A stretch of DNA of 53,007 nt from a virus, in the IMG/VR virus record IMGVR_UViG_3300020047_004354, positions 1 to 53,007 of that record. One strand, written 5' to 3'. The position numbers and the translations under genes are program-made. The notes under the pieces were generated by a model. The model was not told the DNA's origin. It saw only the letters and a list, made by a program, of their open reading frames with translations, and ran no database searches. This document shows positions 1-10,616 of the stretch, in pieces (positions within the stretch are counted from its first letter, which is position 1; each line of letters starts with the position of its first letter).

Positions 1-90
1 CAAGCAACTTTTGCTCGTGAAAATCATCCACTTAATACAGTAGTTAATACTCCTGTAGAAGTAGCAGCAGAGAATCCAATGAAAGGATAA
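1..90 (+). CDS. C-terminal fragment of an upstream gene (...QATFARENHPLNTVVNTPVEVAAENPMKG*)
   Basis: Open frame from the window edge to TAA. Confidence 0.55.
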   Translation, partial: QATFARENHPLNTVVNTPVEVAAENPMKG

Positions 91-156
91 TCATTAGTGT
101 AAATATTGGAAAGTGAGACAATAGTGTTTCACTTTCCATTTTTAAAAATATATAAT

Positions 157-366
157 ATGGAAGATTGTAGTGCTTGTAATGGTACAGGACAAACAGAAAT
201 AATAGCAGATTATAATTCAAATTGGTATGGGCAGAAGAAAGAAAGTATTAAACAACAATGTTATAAGTGTGGGGGATCAGGTAAGACCAGAGCATTTCAA
301 GAATCTTCCAACCAACAACAAATTGCAAATAGACCCAGAGATCTTGATGACGGCATTGAGAAGTAA
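157..366 (+). CDS. Small protein with DnaJ-like zinc motifs (CSACNGTG ... CYKCGGSG)
   Basis: Two CxxCxGxG motifs; AT-rich third codon positions support this frame. Confidence 0.6.
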   Translation: MEDCSACNGTGQTEIIADYNSNWYGQKKESIKQQCYKCGGSGKTRAFQESSNQQQIANRPRDLDDGIEK

Positions 367-475
367 AACTCATTGGAATGATCCAGATCCATATAATTTA
401 AATTCTCCAGAAGAATGTGCAAGAATATCACATGCTTGGAGTAATGAATATTTAATCTTAAATAATTTACTATGA
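343..475 (+). CDS. Small hypothetical protein (MTALRSKTHWNDPDPYNLNSPEECARISHAWSNEYLILNNLL)
   Basis: ATG start overlaps the preceding ORF end; AT-rich third positions only from about here; stop overlaps the next ATG. Confidence 0.5.
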
Positions 476-984
476 AAATAACCAGAATAACATTAGCATC
501 TAAATCAGTATTAGATATTCTTGTATTATATTATTCGGATAAACCTGATGATGCTGATTATAAAATGACAGTATCATTAAATCCTGCTTATCATTTAACA
601 CCAGATATTGAAGAAGAACTTCAATTTAATAATTTAGTAGATGAATTTAATGTTCCTACTAAATTTGGTATTTGGTTTGCATATAACTGTGGTACTTCTG
701 ATGCGGCACCTGCCTTTCAACCGTTTGTAAGAAAACTTACAACTAAAGCAAGGCATACACTAGCATTGTTCTGTATTGGTGAATTAGCCAAAGAACATAT
801 TGCTACAAAAAACATTGAAAAGAAAACTATTATTGAAGGATTATTAAACAACCTTGAACTATTCTTTACAGGAACTACTATTAAGAGAATTCTTGGTGGT
901 ACAGTACCTAAAGAAAAGAGTATTGAAGAGATTGCTGACTCCTATGATAGAGTTATAGAATACAATAATAATAAACATAATTAA
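472..984 (+). CDS. Hypothetical protein
   Basis: 170-codon ORF with operon-like overlap to the previous ORF. Confidence 0.75.
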   Translation: MKITRITLASKSVLDILVLYYSDKPDDADYKMTVSLNPAYHLTPDIEEELQFNNLVDEFNVPTKFGIWFAYNCGTSDAAPAFQPFVRKLTTKARHTLALFCIGELAKEHIATKNIEKKTIIEGLLNNLELFFTGTTIKRILGGTVPKEKSIEEIADSYDRVIEYNNNKHN

Positions 985-991
985 AATATTA

Positions 992-1025
992 AACTCAAGT
1001 AAGGTCAGTCCTACTTGAGTTTTTA
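992..1025 (+). terminator. Rho-independent terminator
   Basis: AACTCAAGTA-aggtcagtcc-TACTTGAGTT followed by a T-rich tract. Confidence 0.75.
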
Positions 1026-1038
1026 TTAGACCTTTTTT

Positions 1039-1341
1039 ATGTATAAAGATAAATTTCAGAAATATACATATTTTGTATGTGACTATAATATTATTGATGA
1101 GATTATTCAAGAACAGTATCCAAGTGTCATTTTTGAATGTGCTTTGGATATGCAAAATGGTAGCACTATAAAAGTATCAACTGGTTATACTGAATTTGAC
1201 ATTTGGGAGCGACAAGATTTAGAAAAGTTTTTGTCTGGTGAAATTCCTCAACAATATAACACCTTAAGGTTACTATTACAAGATTTAACAAATAAACAAA
1301 TATTGGAAGCAGATAATTATTTAATAAATGTAAGTTGGTAA
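1039..1341 (+). CDS. Hypothetical protein
   Basis: 100-codon ORF. Confidence 0.6.
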   Translation: MYKDKFQKYTYFVCDYNIIDEIIQEQYPSVIFECALDMQNGSTIKVSTGYTEFDIWERQDLEKFLSGEIPQQYNTLRLLLQDLTNKQILEADNYLINVSW

Positions 1342-1979
1342 TGAACGAAAAACAAGTAATACCAGTAATTAATAGAATTGATGATATTGTTGATGGTTAT
1401 AAAAAGAAATGTTTCGACGGTAAGATTATACCGTTACAACTAATTCAATTTTTAGATCATTCAAGAAAGACTAATAATTCTATTGATAAGAGGGTTAATA
1501 AATTTAATGAATATTATGTTGTTGAAAATTGGACAGCAATTAATCTATTTACACAAGAAATAGGTAAGTATGCTGTTCCACATATTCTAGGACATAAGTA
1601 TGATGAAATAGAACTAACTCAAGAATCAAGTTTAACAGACAGGCCTGAAGGTCAATATCCTAATAATGAGGAAGAAGTTAATTTACTTCAAGATTCTTAT
1701 GATGAATATTTAAATAATGAACGAGATGGTTTATTACCTGATTTTCATCTATCAATAGTTGTAGCCAAACATAAATTAAGAATGGCTCATCTTAGAAGGT
1801 TAATTGATTCTGAAGTTAATTTAAGGTTAAAATCTGGATATGTTTTACATTATATCCAGAGAGAAACACCTACAATATTAGGTAAGAGAAAGTATGAGGA
1901 ATGGTGTAATAACAATCCTCAATTGTTCACTAAATTAAAAGAGAATGTATATCAAACTAATGATCTTATTTTGTCTTAA
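1341..1979 (+). CDS. Hypothetical protein
   Basis: Long ORF; start chosen at ATGAACGAA. Confidence 0.7.
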   Translation: MNEKQVIPVINRIDDIVDGYKKKCFDGKIIPLQLIQFLDHSRKTNNSIDKRVNKFNEYYVVENWTAINLFTQEIGKYAVPHILGHKYDEIELTQESSLTDRPEGQYPNNEEEVNLLQDSYDEYLNNERDGLLPDFHLSIVVAKHKLRMAHLRRLIDSEVNLRLKSGYVLHYIQRETPTILGKRKYEEWCNNNPQLFTKLKENVYQTNDLILS

Positions 1980-2412
1980 TTCAAATCCAGACAAAATATA
2001 TTTTACAAAGGATAATTTGAATTATGATCCTGCATTAATACTTGCTGCTGTTGCTGAACATGAATGTCTTAACCTGTCTTGGCAGGAAAGACATTTAGTT
2101 ATGGAAGCAGTATGGAATAGGGTTTTGGATAACTACAACAATAATGGTTGTACCATTCAAGAACAACTACTTGCTCCCAAACAGTTTACAGGTCTATTTA
2201 TTTATAGACCTCAACACTTCTATATTGATAAAAAGAATAAAAGGCATATAGAGAATATTTATATGGCTCTATGTGTAATTAATGGTCATAGATTATCTAA
2301 CAAAAAGATTTATTATTGGTCAGATTCAGATAATAAATCACATCCTCATTATAAATATGTTAAACATAGAAAGATTACAACAGATTTCAAGACTATTCAA
2401 ATATTTAGATGA
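1960..2412 (+). CDS. Possible cell-wall hydrolase (SleB/Hydrolase_2-like)
   Basis: AEHECLNLSWQERHLVMEAVWNRV...QLLAPKQFTG...IYMALCVINGHRLSNKKIYYW pattern resembles SleB-type hydrolases. Confidence 0.5.
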   Translation: MILFCLNSNPDKIYFTKDNLNYDPALILAAVAEHECLNLSWQERHLVMEAVWNRVLDNYNNNGCTIQEQLLAPKQFTGLFIYRPQHFYIDKKNKRHIENIYMALCVINGHRLSNKKIYYWSDSDNKSHPHYKYVKHRKITTDFKTIQIFR

Positions 2413-3020
2413 TGCAAGTATCTGCTGTTTTATTTATAGAATGGTTGAAACGTATGGATAGTACCGAAAAAATATTAAATCTTTGGTTACAAAACGCTAA
2501 AAGTAGAGCAACATATATTGAATCCTATGATTACAATCAAACGGATGATTATTATAATGGTACTTTAGTTTGGGATATTCCTGTTACAGAAACAAAGCAG
2601 ATTGATGATCCTATAAAGAGTATGTCAAGTCAAATGTATCAACATTTGATGGAAGAGGCTGATTCTGATATACTTCAACGTTTAAAACAAACAAGTATTC
2701 AAAGATATTCTTTTATTGATCCTTATACACAATCTTTAGTTGTTTCTGATAATACAAGATCGGGTAGATTAGAATGGTTTGATCTTATACATTCAGAACC
2801 AAAGAAAATACTTTTTGAATCTGAAATATGTAAAAAGTTTCCTAAACAAAAACCCAAGCATAACCCTTTAATTAAACCAAAACCTAAATATAAAGTATTA
2901 GATTTTGATGATAATATTTTAGGAGAAGCATTTACAATGGAAGAAGCATTAGATACATTTTACACAAGATATGCTGTTTTTGATAAGAAAGCGGCATCAC
3001 ATTTTATAGAAGAAATATGA
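2409..3020 (+). CDS. Hypothetical protein
   Basis: 203-codon ORF; the true start may be 2454. Confidence 0.65.
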   Translation: MMQVSAVLFIEWLKRMDSTEKILNLWLQNAKSRATYIESYDYNQTDDYYNGTLVWDIPVTETKQIDDPIKSMSSQMYQHLMEEADSDILQRLKQTSIQRYSFIDPYTQSLVVSDNTRSGRLEWFDLIHSEPKKILFESEICKKFPKQKPKHNPLIKPKPKYKVLDFDDNILGEAFTMEEALDTFYTRYAVFDKKAASHFIEEI

Positions 3021-3286
3021 CAATAACAACTTATCAACATTGCGTGGTTAATCCACTAACAGGTGTCTTTGCTATTGGTTCTAAGGAAGAGATAGTAAGC
3101 AATATACTTACTTGGGAAATAAGAAATAGAACATTGTTCGCTAAACATGACGGTTTTAAGGAAGTACAATATTTTTCTTTTAATGAAAAATTTACTAAAG
3201 AAGAACAGTATAATGAATCAATACAAAAACTATATTCTACTTTAAAAGATTATGGTTATTTGTATTTTAGAGATATAGGATTTTAA
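3017..3286 (+). CDS. Hypothetical protein
   Basis: ORF with ATGA overlap. Confidence 0.6.
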   Translation: MTITTYQHCVVNPLTGVFAIGSKEEIVSNILTWEIRNRTLFAKHDGFKEVQYFSFNEKFTKEEQYNESIQKLYSTLKDYGYLYFRDIGF

Positions 3287-3287
3287 T

Positions 3288-3359
3288 ATGATAGCATTTA
3301 TAATTATCTGCTTATGTATAGCAGGATTAAACACTCACCATATAAGTAAAGACTTATGA
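3288..3359 (+). CDS. Hydrophobic microprotein (MIAFIIICLCIAGLNTHHISKDL)
   Basis: 23-aa ORF, predicted transmembrane, overlaps the next ATG. Confidence 0.35.
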   Translation: MIAFIIICLCIAGLNTHHISKDL

Positions 3360-3421
3360 CATTACTTATTATAATTTCAATATTTCTGTGTATAGCAGGA
3401 ATGTGTTCAAAACAAGATTGA
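3356..3421 (+). CDS. Hydrophobic microprotein (MTLLIIISIFLCIAGMCSKQD)
   Basis: 21-aa ORF similar to its upstream neighbour. Confidence 0.35.
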   Translation: MTLLIIISIFLCIAGMCSKQD

Positions 3422-3422
3422 T

Positions 3423-3647
3423 ATGAGTTATACAACAATATATGTAATTGGAGCATTAGCGACTTTAATTTATTATTTCCTATTTGGTTCTCAAAGACTG
3501 TATAGAGAAATGAAAGCAAAAGACTTAAATGTAACAGATGAAGTGATAAGACAAGCAATTGTAACTACTGCTGTAATTTACAGTTTATTATGGTTTATCT
3601 TTGTACCATTTATTTTATTACCAAACATTTTTAGAAATGACAAATAA
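3423..3647 (+). CDS. Small membrane protein
   Basis: Hydrophobic segments near both ends. Confidence 0.5.
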   Translation: MSYTTIYVIGALATLIYYFLFGSQRLYREMKAKDLNVTDEVIRQAIVTTAVIYSLLWFIFVPFILLPNIFRNDK

Positions 3648-4896
3648 ATATGCAATTTACTGTGATTCTTTAGAAGATGAACAGTTACTTAAAGATTGGA
3701 TTAAGAAAGAATCTGATTTAGAAGGATATAATAATTATAATTATAGGAAATTATATTTTCATTTTCCTGCTAATGGTTATTCGGGGTTTCGACAAGACGT
3801 ACATATATTTGATAGTTGTTTACCAGAATATAACAAAATCAATATCAAAGATTTTCTAAAGGAATATTATATGAAAGAACTACCAAAACAATGGGTTGTT
3901 TGGAACGATGGTTCGCAATTGTTTAAAGATACTGTTGTTCATTATCTAAACACTCATTATAGTGCCGAATTTAAAGGATGGGTAAAAGACTCATGGTATG
4001 GTGTAATTGCTAACCAAAAGTATCAAGCAGATATTTTAGTATCAAATCCGGTAAAACTAACAATTCAACAATTTATTAAACTAACAACTAAAAATATGAA
4101 AACAGAACTTCTTGGTTTGCCAGTAATTCGAGGTGAGAAACATCACCTTGAAGCATTTCTAAAAGACTGTGAAAAATTAGGATATAAAACGCATAAATCA
4201 AGACAAACATCTAATACTCGAATTCAATTAAACGGATTAACTGAAGAAGTTGTTTTAAGAGATGAAGATGCTTTCAAAATATTATATTTTGGAGAAGAAG
4301 AATATTCTAAATTAGAAACACTTTCTATCAAAGAATTTCAACTACCTTCTGATTGGTCTAAATGTTTAGACTTTATGAAAGAAAATATGGATAGATGGTT
4401 GAAAATACAAGAGGAAAATAAAGAACCTGAATTTAAAGTTGGAGATATTGTAGTTGCTGGAAACCCAAATGTAATTTGTGACGCAAAGGGCAGAACAGGT
4501 AGAATAGAAAGTATTATACCGGGTAATCATCCTTATAATATCAATTTTGGCTCTAACTTGATTGTTTGGTGTCAAATAGAAAGACTTGCAACACCACAAG
4601 AAATTGAAGAATATAATAATAAACCTAAAATTTTTAAAATGACTTCTACTTCAGGAAACTTTGAGTTAGAAGTTAGAAAGAAAGGTATTTATTATAGACC
4701 TGAAGATAAGTATCTAAATGTTAGTAACATTGAACAGATGTGTTTAGGATTTAGAATTAATAACGGTAATTTAAATGATACTAATAGAGATTGTTATATT
4801 ATAACATATGAAACTGTAAAAGTGGGTTGTAAATCTGGATGTAAAATTTCAGAATGGAAACAAGTATATGATTACTATAAATCTTTACAAGTATGA
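3634..4896 (+). CDS. Hypothetical protein
   Basis: Long ORF; approximate start MTNKYAIYCDS. Confidence 0.75.
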   Translation, partial: EMTNKYAIYCDSLEDEQLLKDWIKKESDLEGYNNYNYRKLYFHFPANGYSGFRQDVHIFDSCLPEYNKINIKDFLKEYYMKELPKQWVVWNDGSQLFKDTVVHYLNTHYSAEFKGWVKDSWYGVIANQKYQADILVSNPVKLTIQQFIKLTTKNMKTELLGLPVIRGEKHHLEAFLKDCEKLGYKTHKSRQTSNTRIQLNGLTEEVVLRDEDAFKILYFGEEEYSKLETLSIKEFQLPSDWSKCLDFMKENMDRWLKIQEENKEPEFKVGDIVVAGNPNVICDAKGRTGRIESIIPGNHPYNINFGSNLIVWCQIERLATPQEIEEYNNKPKIFKMTSTSGNFELEVRKKGIYYRPEDKYLNVSNIEQMCLGFRINNGNLNDTNRDCYIITYETVKVGCKSGCKISEWKQVYDYYKSLQV

Positions 4897-5072
4897 TAGG
4901 AATAATAATTTTATGCGTAGTAATTGCTTTCTGTGCTATTGCTACATATATTGTATGTGTGGATAATAATTATCCAGAATGGAAAGCATTCTTAGCATCA
5001 TTAATATTTCCATTATTCTGGTTATCTTGGTTTATCTATTTTGGAATCATTACTAAAGATTTATGGAGATGA
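4893..5072 (+). CDS. Small membrane protein (MIGIIILCVVIAFCAIATYIV...)
   Basis: 59-aa ORF, ATGA overlap with the previous gene. Confidence 0.5.
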   Translation: MIGIIILCVVIAFCAIATYIVCVDNNYPEWKAFLASLIFPLFWLSWFIYFGIITKDLWR

Positions 5073-5308
5073 TTAGCATTATATTAACAATAATTTGGTT
5101 TGCAGGATTTATCTATTATACAGAAAGAATAGTTAGAGATAGAGAAGGAATAGTTGAGATTTATGATGGATTAATACAAGAACATCCAGAAATATTGATA
5201 TACATTAGTACTAAGTATATAATTTCACTTATATATTTTGTTGCTGTATGTATGTCTATGTTATGGCCTATTGTTTCATTGTTTAAACTATTTAATAAAA
5301 TAGTATGA
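5063..5308 (+). CDS. Small membrane protein
   Basis: Hydrophobic 81-aa ORF. Confidence 0.5.
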   Translation: MEMISIILTIIWFAGFIYYTERIVRDREGIVEIYDGLIQEHPEILIYISTKYIISLIYFVAVCMSMLWPIVSLFKLFNKIV

Positions 5309-6502
5309 TAGATCAATCAAGGGAGTTTGTGCAGTCTAATGCTGTTCAAAAGTGGATAAATAACAATAATATACGGAACGTGTGAAGTCCATACCGGCAT
5401 AGGAAAGACGTTTATAGCATTTAAATGTCTTTCCTTATTGCCAAAAAGTACAAAAGTATTATTCTTATCAGAATCTTCCGTTAGAGAAGATACTGTTAGA
5501 GAAGATGCTGATTTTTTTGAAAAAGCCTATGGATACAATCCTTTAAACGGGTACGATATTAAATTTAGTCTATATCAATCTGCTGCTCGCAGAACATTAA
5601 ATGATTATTTTCCTAATCAAAGAGAGGTGCTTGTAATTATGGATGAAATTCAAGATATTCTTTCTGATAAAAGATCACTGTTTTTAACAAGAAGTAATCT
5701 TAAAGGAATTAAATTATTAGGGTTATCTGCAACAATCGAGCGTAAGAAAAGATACATTATACAGGGTGAGGAAATTACCAAAATAGATTTTTTAAATAGA
5801 TTCTGTCCTGTTATTTATTCTTATACTATTAATCAAGCATTTGAAGATAGTAATACTAAAAAACTTAGATTTTTTATATTATCTCATCAATTAGAGATTT
5901 CAAAGAATATTAAGACAGGCCCAAAAGATAGACAATGGCTTTCCAGTGAAAAACTAATGTATGAATATCTGGACAGAGAGTTTAAAAAATCATTATTTTT
6001 ACCTAATGGATCAAGTAAAGATTTTAAAATTAGAATGACGGCTAGTAACAGAGCAAGATTTTTATATTCACTTCCATCTAAAATCCCTGTTATTAAAGAA
6101 TTAGTTAAATATTTAAAAGGAAAATCTATTGTGTTTGGATTAGATAATAAATCTTTGGTTGAAATCTGTCCCACAGCAATTATTCAGGAAAATCCAAATT
6201 TAAAACAAGATTTAGAGAATTTTAAAAATGGAAATACTCAACTAACCTGCTCTAATAAAATTTTAAGACAAGGAGAAAATATTAAAAACTTACAAAACAC
6301 AATTTTTCATTCATATTATTCAACTTGGCCAGCATTCACACAAATTTTAGGTCGCCAACGCAAAGGTGAAGATGTTGGAAATATAATTATTTTAATTACT
6401 GAAAATACACAAGAACAAATTTGGTTTAAATCCATGACAGAGCAAATTAATGCTGATTTTATATATTGTAGCACATTAAAAGAATTAGTACAAAAATTAT
6501 GA
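5305..6502 (+). CDS. SF2-type helicase, complete only after +1 shift at CGG 5374
   Basis: MIDQSREFVQSNAVQKWINNNNI-[C]-GTCEVHTGIGKT (Walker A); later VLVIMDEIQ, LGLSATIE, QILGRQRKG. Confidence 0.85.
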
Positions 6503-7274
6503 ATATAGAAAAACCTCGGAATCTATCAAATTAAAAACGTTGTCAATAATAAAACTTACATTCGGCAGCAGTATTAAGATAAAAACAAGGTGGAAAACAC
6601 ACCAAAATAAATTAAGTAATAATAAACATCCTAATACTCATTTACAAAATACTTATAATAAGTATGGAGAGAGTAATTTTGTTTATGAAATACTACTTAA
6701 CTGTGCAGAAGAAGAGTTGTTGGAACTAGAACAATATTATATAGACTATTATCAACCTGAATACAATATTTGTAAAATTGCTGGAAGTTCAAGAGGTAGA
6801 GTTGGCTCAGAATATCAAAAACAAAGAGTAAAAGAATTAAGGTGTATAAAAATTCTTCAGTTTGATATAAATAATAACTTTATTAAAGAATGGGATTCAA
6901 TATCACAGTGTAGGGATTTTCTTGGTTGTAAGATGGAAAATCTTTATAAGGCATTAGAAAACCCATCAAATATTTATAAAGGATACTATTTTAAATATAA
7001 AAATATTACTGAACCACGAAAATTAAAGTCTCTTATTAAACAGCCATCAATGAAACAGGTAATACATCCCGGTTGTAAACCAGTGTATAAAATATGTAAT
7101 AATACCTTACAAGTATTAAACGAATATAAGTCAATTAATGATGCTGCGGCAGATAACGGTTTATATGCTTCTAATATTACAAGAATTCTTATTAACAGTG
7201 ATACTAAAACACGTAATGGATTTACATGGAAATACAAAGAAGATTATGATAAAGAAAACAATATACAAATATGA
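6499..7274 (+). CDS. GIY-YIG homing-type endonuclease with NUMOD-like C-terminal repeats, two +1 shifts (CGG 6517, CGG 6563)
   Basis: MNIEKP-[C]-GIYQIKNVVNNKTYI-[C]-GSSIKIKTRWKTHQNKL...; both GIY and YIG motifs are completed only by the shifts. Confidence 0.9.
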
Positions 7275-7477
7275 GCCTAAATAAAGAACAACATACAAGT
7301 TTTGTTAAGACTTGGTATGAGCGCAAAAAGCAAGGAGTATCTAACCTTAATAATAATGAAGAATTAACAAAAGAAATTCAAGAGAAATTAGATAATCTAG
7401 AGAAAACAACTGAAGAATTTTTTATAATACACCAAAAGATGATATTCCAAAATGACAGATATAGATATGGAAGATGA
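7271..7477 (+). CDS. Hypothetical protein
   Basis: 68-codon ORF with ATGA overlap. Confidence 0.55.
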   Translation: MSLNKEQHTSFVKTWYERKKQGVSNLNNNEELTKEIQEKLDNLEKTTEEFFIIHQKMIFQNDRYRYGR

Positions 7478-7673
7478 GGATGATTTTCCTCAAGAAATTA
7501 CTGGTCATGTACCATCACACAGATTTGGTGAATTTATAGGTAGAATGTGGTTAAGTCAAGAAGAGAAGGAATATCTTAAACAAATTAAGGTTTATCCTGA
7601 TGAAATACTTAAAGATATTTATTATCGTAAGTTAACTTTACATTCGCTATTTATTCAAAGAAAATATAATTGA
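7452..7673 (+). CDS. Hypothetical protein
   Basis: 73-codon ORF; start may be 7467. Confidence 0.5.
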   Translation: MTDIDMEDEDDFPQEITGHVPSHRFGEFIGRMWLSQEEKEYLKQIKVYPDEILKDIYYRKLTLHSLFIQRKYN

Positions 7674-7674
7674 T

Positions 7675-8046
7675 ATGGATGAATTTGTAGATCACAATAT
7701 TGCAAAACAGTTAAGAGATATTGGATTTGATGAAGATTGTTTAGGTTTTTATAAACTAGATAAAACAGTGAGTATAGTTTGGGAAGATTTTGACAGTAGA
7801 ACTAAAACTCCATACGCATCAACATATTATCAAGTATTTCAGTGGTTTAGGGAAGTACACAAACTTCATTCTTCTATTGCTTGGGTAACTAAAGGTTATG
7901 ACTTTTATGTAAAGAAAGAACCAAGTAGAATTATTAATGAAACAACTCATGTATATTCAGATTATAGAGAATGTGAAATTGCTTGTATTGAATATATGAT
8001 TTTCTTAGTAAAAGATATGTCTAAACGATTAATATATGAAGGATAA
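7675..8046 (+). CDS. Hypothetical protein
   Basis: 123-codon ORF. Confidence 0.65.
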   Translation: MDEFVDHNIAKQLRDIGFDEDCLGFYKLDKTVSIVWEDFDSRTKTPYASTYYQVFQWFREVHKLHSSIAWVTKGYDFYVKKEPSRIINETTHVYSDYRECEIACIEYMIFLVKDMSKRLIYEG

Positions 8047-8374
8047 ATTAGTATTATTAGCAAGAGAAAAAGGATATTATTCTTTTCATACTGTTAATAG
8101 AGAACAAGGCTCTGGTTGGTTTATTGAATTGTGTTTATTACAAAAATGGTTGAGAGAAGTTCATAATATAGAAGTAGAAGTTTATAGAGAAGTTGATTTT
8201 GCAGATGAGTGTTATTATAACACTTATTGTGTAGATGTTTTTAATAATAAATTATCATTTCAATCAAAAGATTCTATTTTTACTGAAAGAATTGATACTT
8301 ATGAACAGGCTTTAGAAACTGGATTATTGGAAGGACTTAAATTAATAAATAATGCAGACACTTCTGGACATTGA
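8036..8374 (+). CDS. Hypothetical protein
   Basis: 112-codon ORF. Confidence 0.6.
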   Translation: MKDKLVLLAREKGYYSFHTVNREQGSGWFIELCLLQKWLREVHNIEVEVYREVDFADECYYNTYCVDVFNNKLSFQSKDSIFTERIDTYEQALETGLLEGLKLINNADTSGH

Positions 8375-10327
8375 AGTTTACAAAACACATTTTGAAGTCA
8401 GTGTAGAGAACTATAAGACACGGTGAAAAACAATGTTTTATGGTTAATCAGTGGAATGACGATAGATTAGATTTAAAGCAATGGTTAAGAAACTATTCTG
8501 GATTTATTCTACACTTTAATGGTGTAAAGTATGATATGGCTGTTCTTGCATATTTAGATATGAAGAACTATTATATTGGACAATCTTGGGATATATTTTG
8601 TAAAGAAGCGAAAAGATTTTCAGATCAATTAATAAATACAGAAGATGATTTGTTTGTTTATAAATATACCGATTATCCTGTTTTTAAGAATATCATACAA
8701 ATTGATACATACTTATTTTGGGCCAAACTGCTTAGGTTAAGTATGAAAATTTCTTTAAAGAGTTTGCGGAATACAATTAAATTATCCTGTTGTTCAAGAA
8801 TTACCATATCCACCTGATATTGAATATTTAACAAAAGAACAAATAGATGAAATTCATCACTATTGTTCTATTCATGATTTAGGTATTCTTAGATTATTAG
8901 TACAACAATTAGAGGGTAATGATGGTCAAACAACGGTACCTTTAGGAGATATAGGTACAATACAATTGAGAAGTCAAATTGTCAAAGATTATAATATTAA
9001 TGCTTGGTCATATGACCCACCTAAAATTGCTTCAGAGGCATTATTAAATGATTACTGTAGAATCACAGGCAAAGATAGAAAGTATATCTCCAAGCAAAGA
9101 TTTAATAGACCTACAATCAAATTTAGTGAGTTATTTAATGATGTTCAATTTAACTTTCATACAAAGCAATTTATAGATGTTTATAAAGAATGGATGAATT
9201 CTGTTGATACTTTTAGTAAAGAGTTTAATGTATATACTCCATCTAATCATGGTTTAAAAATATCATGCGGTATAGGAGGTTTACATAATATCTTGTCTAA
9301 TGAAATTTATACAGAAGATGAAGAATATGCAATTATTGATATTGATATTTCCAGTTTGTATCCTACATTTATTCTTAACTTCCATGCCTTTAGATATAAA
9401 GAAGTAGAAGAACAGTATAAACAGATTAGAACATTTAGATTAACAGAAACAAAACCTAATCTACAAAAGTATAAAGGTAAACCAGAAGAATTATATTGGA
9501 AACAAAAGGATCTATTTTATAAGGTAGTACTTAATGGAGTATCTGGTCATTTAGATTCAGAACATTCGTGGTTGTATAATCCAGAAGGTATTATGAAAGT
9601 ACGTTGTGGTGGACAATTGGTGTTGCTCACTGTTATAGAACAATGTTTGATGAAAGATATTCAAGTTCTTCAAGCAAATACCGATGGTATTACGGTAAGA
9701 ATATTAAGATCAAAAATACCAGAGTTTGAAGCAATTGTTAAGCAGTCTGAAATTGATTATAATATTGAATATGAATATGCTTATTATTCTAAAATGATCT
9801 TTTCTTCTGTTAATTCATATCTTGCAATTGAAACTAATGGCAAAGTAAAACAGAAAGGTGAGTTTGTTACTAATCCAAAATTAGGTTCTTCTGTTGATAT
9901 GTTAGTAGTTCCAAAGGCTCTTAATGCTTATTTTATAAAAGACATACAACCTGAAGATTTTATAAGATCAAAAGAATTAACAATATTTGATTTTTGTATT
10001 TCACAGAAAGTCAGTAAAGATTTTGAAGTTTATTGGCAAGGTGAAAAACAGCAGAGATTAAATAGATATTATTCTTCAAGAACTGGCGGATATTTATATA
10101 AAAAAGAAAAGTATGATTCTTGGAAAAGAAGAACAGATAAAACTACTACCAAGAAAAAAACTCCACCAACTATGCAGCATCTTATGAAAGAAACAGGTAT
10201 TATGATTTATAATAATCATGTTGAAAAACCAATAGAAGAATACAAAATTAATTATAACTTTTATCTAAATAAAATTAATTCTAAAATTGCAGAATTGAGA
10301 AAGTTAGATCAACAATTATTATTTTAA
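8352..10327 (+). CDS. Family B DNA polymerase, two +1 shifts (CGG 8421, CGG 8767)
   Basis: LLDIEVYKT (Exo I), ILHFNGVKYD (Exo II), DIDISSLYPT (motif A), KVVLNGVSG (motif B), ANTDGITV (motif C). Length is 3n+2, as expected for two +1 sites. Confidence 0.93.
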
Positions 10328-10328
10328 T

Positions 10329-10616
10329 ATGACTAAAATAGAAGAAATACTTGAAAAGTATAAAACTAAAACAGACTATTATGCAGATCAAGAATGGCAT
10401 GATGAAGATGTTGAAAAGGCACTAATTGAATATAGTGAATGGTACGCCAGAGAAGTATTAAAGTTGGCTGCTGAAAATGCAACATTGTTAGATGATGGAA
10501 AACCAACACATCAACAAAGAATTGTTTGGGAAGCATATAATACTTCCAGATCAGATGTTGAATTTGAAATTAATAAAGAATCAATAACAAATATTCAATT
10601 GCCTGCTCATGAATAA
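10329..10616 (+). CDS. Hypothetical protein
   Basis: 95-codon ORF. Confidence 0.65.
   Translation: MTKIEEILEKYKTKTDYYADQEWHDEDVEKALIEYSEWYAREVLKLAAENATLLDDGKPTHQQRIVWEAYNTSRSDVEFEINKESITNIQLPAHE

Noticed and set aside
343-352. Apparent frameshift at gaCGGc between ORFs 106-366 and 227-475
   Set aside because: CGG is not in-frame here, and a small gene starting at ATG 343 explains the downstream frame, so it was not counted among the 19 sites.
859-1155. --strand ORF over the terminator at 992-1025
   Set aside because: Antisense to two supported + genes and crosses a terminator hairpin.
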